A stretch of 64,000 nucleotides of DNA from Amphiscolops sp. MND2022. Taxonomy: Eukaryota. The stretch's first letter is position 1. Every line of letters begins with the position of its first letter. The position numbers were made by a program, and so were the translations under genes. Under the pieces are notes generated by a model. It did not search any database and was not told the DNA's origin. It saw only the letters and a list, made by a program, of their open reading frames with translations. This document shows, piece by piece, positions 59,786-64,000 of this stretch. The stretch spans positions 12,090,001 to 12,154,000 of the forward strand of contig OZ076416.1 of the NCBI GenBank assembly GCA_964187785.1, read 5' to 3'.

Positions 59786-62700
59786 TATTTCTTTTGAATT
59801 TTTGAATGAATCACACGTTTTTGATTTCAAATTTTTCAAATCTTAAAATTCTACCGAACGTTTCGAATTTGACAATATAATTGTTCTCGATTAAGAAGCA
59901 AATTGTTATGATTTGAGCTTGTTTCAAGTTGTTAAGTTTCAAAATCGTCTCTTAATACATGTATTTTTGAAAAGCCTTCTTTTACAGCTTTTTTCTAAGA
60001 TTCTAGAATGATTCCCAATTCAAAACATATTAGTCGCTTCGATGAGTTCAGGGGGTCTATTGATCATGAAATCAAAAGCGAGAAAAGTTGATCAAGCGTG
60101 AGAGAAACCTCAAATTTTGAATCAAAGCTGGTAAAAATTGGCATATTCCTGAATTAAACATATTTGTATTTAGATAGAAATCGAAGGAAGTTTTACATGA
60201 ACTGTTTTTCGAAAATCACTGAGCTTGCAAACTCGAATTACTACCGAAAAGATTTCTTTCTAGGATAGCCTGTCGTCATATTTTACTGTAACTTCGAAAT
60301 GACTACACAACAGCATCATCTGCACTGCGAAGCATGGTATCAAAATGACAACAAAAATAAATAACAGTAAACTAATTAGTATATAACTAAAGTTAATTGA
60401 CAGTTTATTTGCCGTCATTGCTACTTCCCAGTCTCCACAACTTCCCGCGGAACATCCATCAGTTTCAAAGTAAATCAAGAAAAACATAGCTTCGGCAATT
60501 CTCGACGTTTCGCGGAATTGCTGTTTTCTAGACGAGTGTCTTTACACTTTTTGACTCCAAACAAACAAAAGATAAGTCATTCAGTGCTCCCATCAGCACA
60601 GTTTCTCGAAAACCAACCAAATAACCGTTCAATTTCGAGGTCAGATTTCTATTGAATCAGTTCTCGAAGCCTGGATTTTTAAATTTTTTACCTCCTATTC
60701 GCAGCTTTGACAGACCCCGCACTACCTCAAGAGTGGCAACCCTGCTTTTCGAATGGGGAAGGTTGGAATGATGTCTAGATTTTAAACCGTAGTTGCTTGT
60801 TTAAAATTGGTTTAAAGTGGACCATCTAATGAGAGATTTTTCATCTATCTCATCAGAAGGGAACAGATTTCACTGTGAGAATTGGCACTTTCAAAACCCT
60901 CGTTGGAAGTGCTCGAAAGGTTTACATGCTTTTGTAGGTGGCAAGGCTGATTTAGGTTTTCGTGAGTTTCATTCAATCGAAGTTTTCATTCTATAGTCTG
61001 ATTGAATTGAATGTATTTCCATTTAAAATAAAAAATGACAATTTAAAAATAGACAAATGACTATTTAAAATATCAATGACACATTTTTGTTTGCATTAGC
61101 CGTGTGATTCGCCGTTGGACCTTTTGATTTTTGTTGCTGTGACATTTGAAATGTAGAATTATCTTTTCATTTCAGACCCTGTCAACGTGGTCCTTTCCTG
61201 CACTTGTAGATGCCTGATCGAGTTGGGAGTCAGTCCTTAGTTGCAACAGCTCTAGCTGAGATATCTTCGCTTGTCAACTATAGCCGTCCTTATCTTAAAA
61301 GATAGGAGATGTTTCAAAAATATTGGATCTTTGTCACAATGTCCTCCCCTTTTGACTCGTTACACTATGTCCCCTTTTTTGTGTCCTTTCACTATGTCCC
61401 CTGTATTCGTTTTCATGTGCAACTCCCCCAGTCTATTCTCTCAATCAATCGATCTCTTCTTATATGTCGACACTTTTTATTAGCTCTCATTATCAAAATC
61501 CCCAGTCAGTCAATCAGAAGCGTTGATACTTCATGCATGTATCGTATATAAAAGTGTTTCACTTTGTCCTCCACTTGCGATGTATTTATAAGCGTTTCGC
61601 TTTGTCATCCATTTTTGGTATTTGTGGCATAGTGGAAGAGATCCAAAAATAATTTTTCATCCAAGTTTACAAGTCATGGCTCCCCAGCAATGAGTTATGG
61701 TACTCCAGTGAGAAAACTCGTGGAATTTTTGATAAGAATCTTACATTTTCGGGGAACCCTTGGGAATAATATTGGCAAGATTTTTATCAAGAGCGCCAAG
61801 AATATATACGATCTTGCAAGATCTTGCCAAGGATTCGATAGAAAAACTGACTAAAGTGAAGGAAAACAAAGAAAAACCGACGCTAACTTCGGCTTAATTA
61901 GCGTACCTTTCTTTGCGCCGGTTTTATTTTCAGTGACAAATAGTTTTTTTTGCAATTCAAGATCAATTGTATTTCATGTTTTTTTTCATCGAGTTTTTAC
62001 TCAGCTTACTACAATTGCTAGAGAAGTAAACTTTGAAAGGTCTCAAATCAGCCTTTTCAGCATTTTTTCACTGAATTTGTTGTAAAATTTGCTTTCATTT
62101 TTCTAAAAAATTTTCTATGCTGAAGCTATATATATATATTTTTTTCAATTTGCATTGATCTGATAAGCGGATTTTGCACTTTGGATGAAAATTTTACAAA
62201 TTTTTCCAATGCATTCTTTCAGTATTTTCTTTGTTTGTCAAAAATTTAGAATGCATGCATGTATGCAACATGGATAATTTTCCGGCAGGTTTGACTAGGA
62301 ACGTCAACAAAGTCCACGTTTGTTTTGGCTAAATATAGTTTGTTCTTGACATTCGTGTTTTTCTAAAATTTTTCTTCGTTTTAAAAAGGTTAATTTGATG
62401 AATTTTTCACTTTGTTTTGTTGGCGCGTTTCGAAGAAACGATCCGACTAAGTTTCTACACTCTTCGGATCTTTGACGTTTTATTCGGAGTAATGTGCGTG
62501 CTACAAGGAAGAGGCATAGCTTCGAGAATCTTTCATTTTATCCGAATTTTTGACGTTGAATCCGACGTGAGTTTTCTTTTATGACGGTGGAGCCGGAGAT
62601 TCAAAATCTTGCGCAATATCCGAGTATTCGAGGTTATATCCGAAGTAAATTGCGGTTACTACAGAGCAGGCAGAAACTCTTATGTTGTTATCTATTACTA

Positions 62701-64000
62701 TGTTTCTTTTCCTCCCAAAGTCAAAATAGGCTCCCAATAATCCAGTTTTCGACTTTTCATCACAAGTAAATACCGTTTTTTAAAGCAGACGCGGAGATTC
62801 AAAAATATTGAGCTATATCCAAAGTTTAGACGTTATATCCGAAGTATATCGCATTTCACTGAGGAAATGGCGGAGGTTTGAATCGTGTCCGTTTCAGTGC
62901 TTCGTTTTCCTCCAAAGTCGAAAGAAAAGCACACTATATCTGAAGTTTTGACCTTGTATTTCAAGTAATTGATATTTCTGGTGAGAATAAACGTTAAAGC
63001 GCCGTTTTGGCCAAAAAGGGCCATCCTTTGTGTTTTGTCGGTACTGTGAAATTGAGAATCTATTGAAAAGAGAATCCTTGACGCTTTGAAGTACTTTCGC
63101 TCATTTTGAGGCATAAGCGTGACCCCTTCCGGCTTTTGTAGTTACGCTTGCTACATTTGAACTTTTGAAATTCGTTTTTCTACTTACTTTAAAGTAGTTT
63201 CGAATGTGATTTTGACCAGATGCGTCGACAATTAGTCACCCTAATTCTTTAGTTATTCTTCCTACCCCTTGAGTAACACTTAAAAACCACCAAATTCACA
63301 CTTGACTGTGTTAATTACTGTAAGACGTTTCCCTTGCCAGAATAGAAAAAAGACGATTCTTTTTCACTGGGATAGGATTCCGCCTTTTTGAAGTTCACCT
63401 CAATTTGATCACTTAAGACGAATCCGTTTTCCCAAATTTTCATCAGATAATGCTTCAGAAATGCATAAATATTCGAGCAAACATGAATGATTGAACGCTA
63501 GTTATCGATATTTAGGCATTTGGTTCCTTAAGTGTTAAACATTTGGTTTTTTTCTGATGTATCTTCCTCAAAATGAAGACGATGGATTTTCCAAACTCTA
63601 TTCCTCTAATTTGCAATTCTTGAGCTAGTGTCGTCAGAGTTTGTGATAGTTCGTCATTGTGAGAACTTTTTTCAGATTCAAAACATCCAGCAGAATTCGA
63701 AGTTCAAATTAACTAATTCAAAAACGCGTTCGCTTCGAAAACCATTAGCCTAGTTTTTTTCACAATGCTTTGGTTTAAAATATCCAAATAATGAAATCTA
63801 CTTTGCTGGTATGCCATGAATTTCTTTTAATATTTCCCAATTTGCACTAAATACTGAAAGAGGTGTTTCATGATAATTCATCGCAATCGACTCAAATCTG
63901 CAACTAATTTTCAAAATATAAGGTCAAAATATTGAATAATTTTCAACAAGACGATAAATTGCGTCCAACTGTGAACACAAATTTCTGCAGTCTAAAACTA

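Noticed and set aside
60260-60487. Hydrophobic 75-aa minus-strand ORF resembling a membrane-protein C-terminus
   Set aside because: It has no convincing splice acceptor or start, and hydrophobic runs arise readily from T-rich DNA.
61176-61228. Small plus-strand exon candidate (TTTCATTTCAG|...GGA|GTCAGT) as partner of the 12034 exon
   Set aside because: In the phase required by the 12034 exon it stops after about 10 codons, and it lacks the strong GC3 bias. It cannot be supported without transcripts.
62540-62960. Two units of about 197 bp (CGGAGATTCAAAA anchors) and associated short ORFs
   Set aside because: Probably an ordinary diverged tandem repeat, and the ORFs have no coding signature.

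Overview
This is AT-rich, transposon-dense animal genomic DNA, not prokaryotic. One host gene is clear: a two-exon NK-class homeobox gene of the Hmx/Nkx5 family on the minus strand (26528-24073), with an eh1 repressor motif in exon 1. One isolated GC-rich exon-like segment (12034-12214, +) belongs to an unidentified gene. Bases 1-11894 are a Ty3/gypsy LTR retrotransposon on the minus strand (gag with two zinc knuckles, protease, dUTPase-like domain, RT, RNase H, integrase; pol broken by frameshifts). Its LTR is unusually long (about 1.6 kb) and contains the first 194 codons of gag. A related solo LTR at 58189-59586 supports these boundaries. Directly downstream of pol, on the opposite strand, is an intact three-intron gene of at least 1207 codons that resembles a catalytically degenerate hAT transposase; this is the most interesting system in the window. 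The rest is layered TE debris: older gypsy relics, a hAT element with a perfect 8-bp TSD, hAT-type and other MITEs, many Helentron-like (HINE/DINE-1-type) non-autonomous elements, satellite-like arrays and a near-identical 2.28-kb tandem duplication. All alignments and translations were done by eye; no database search was run.
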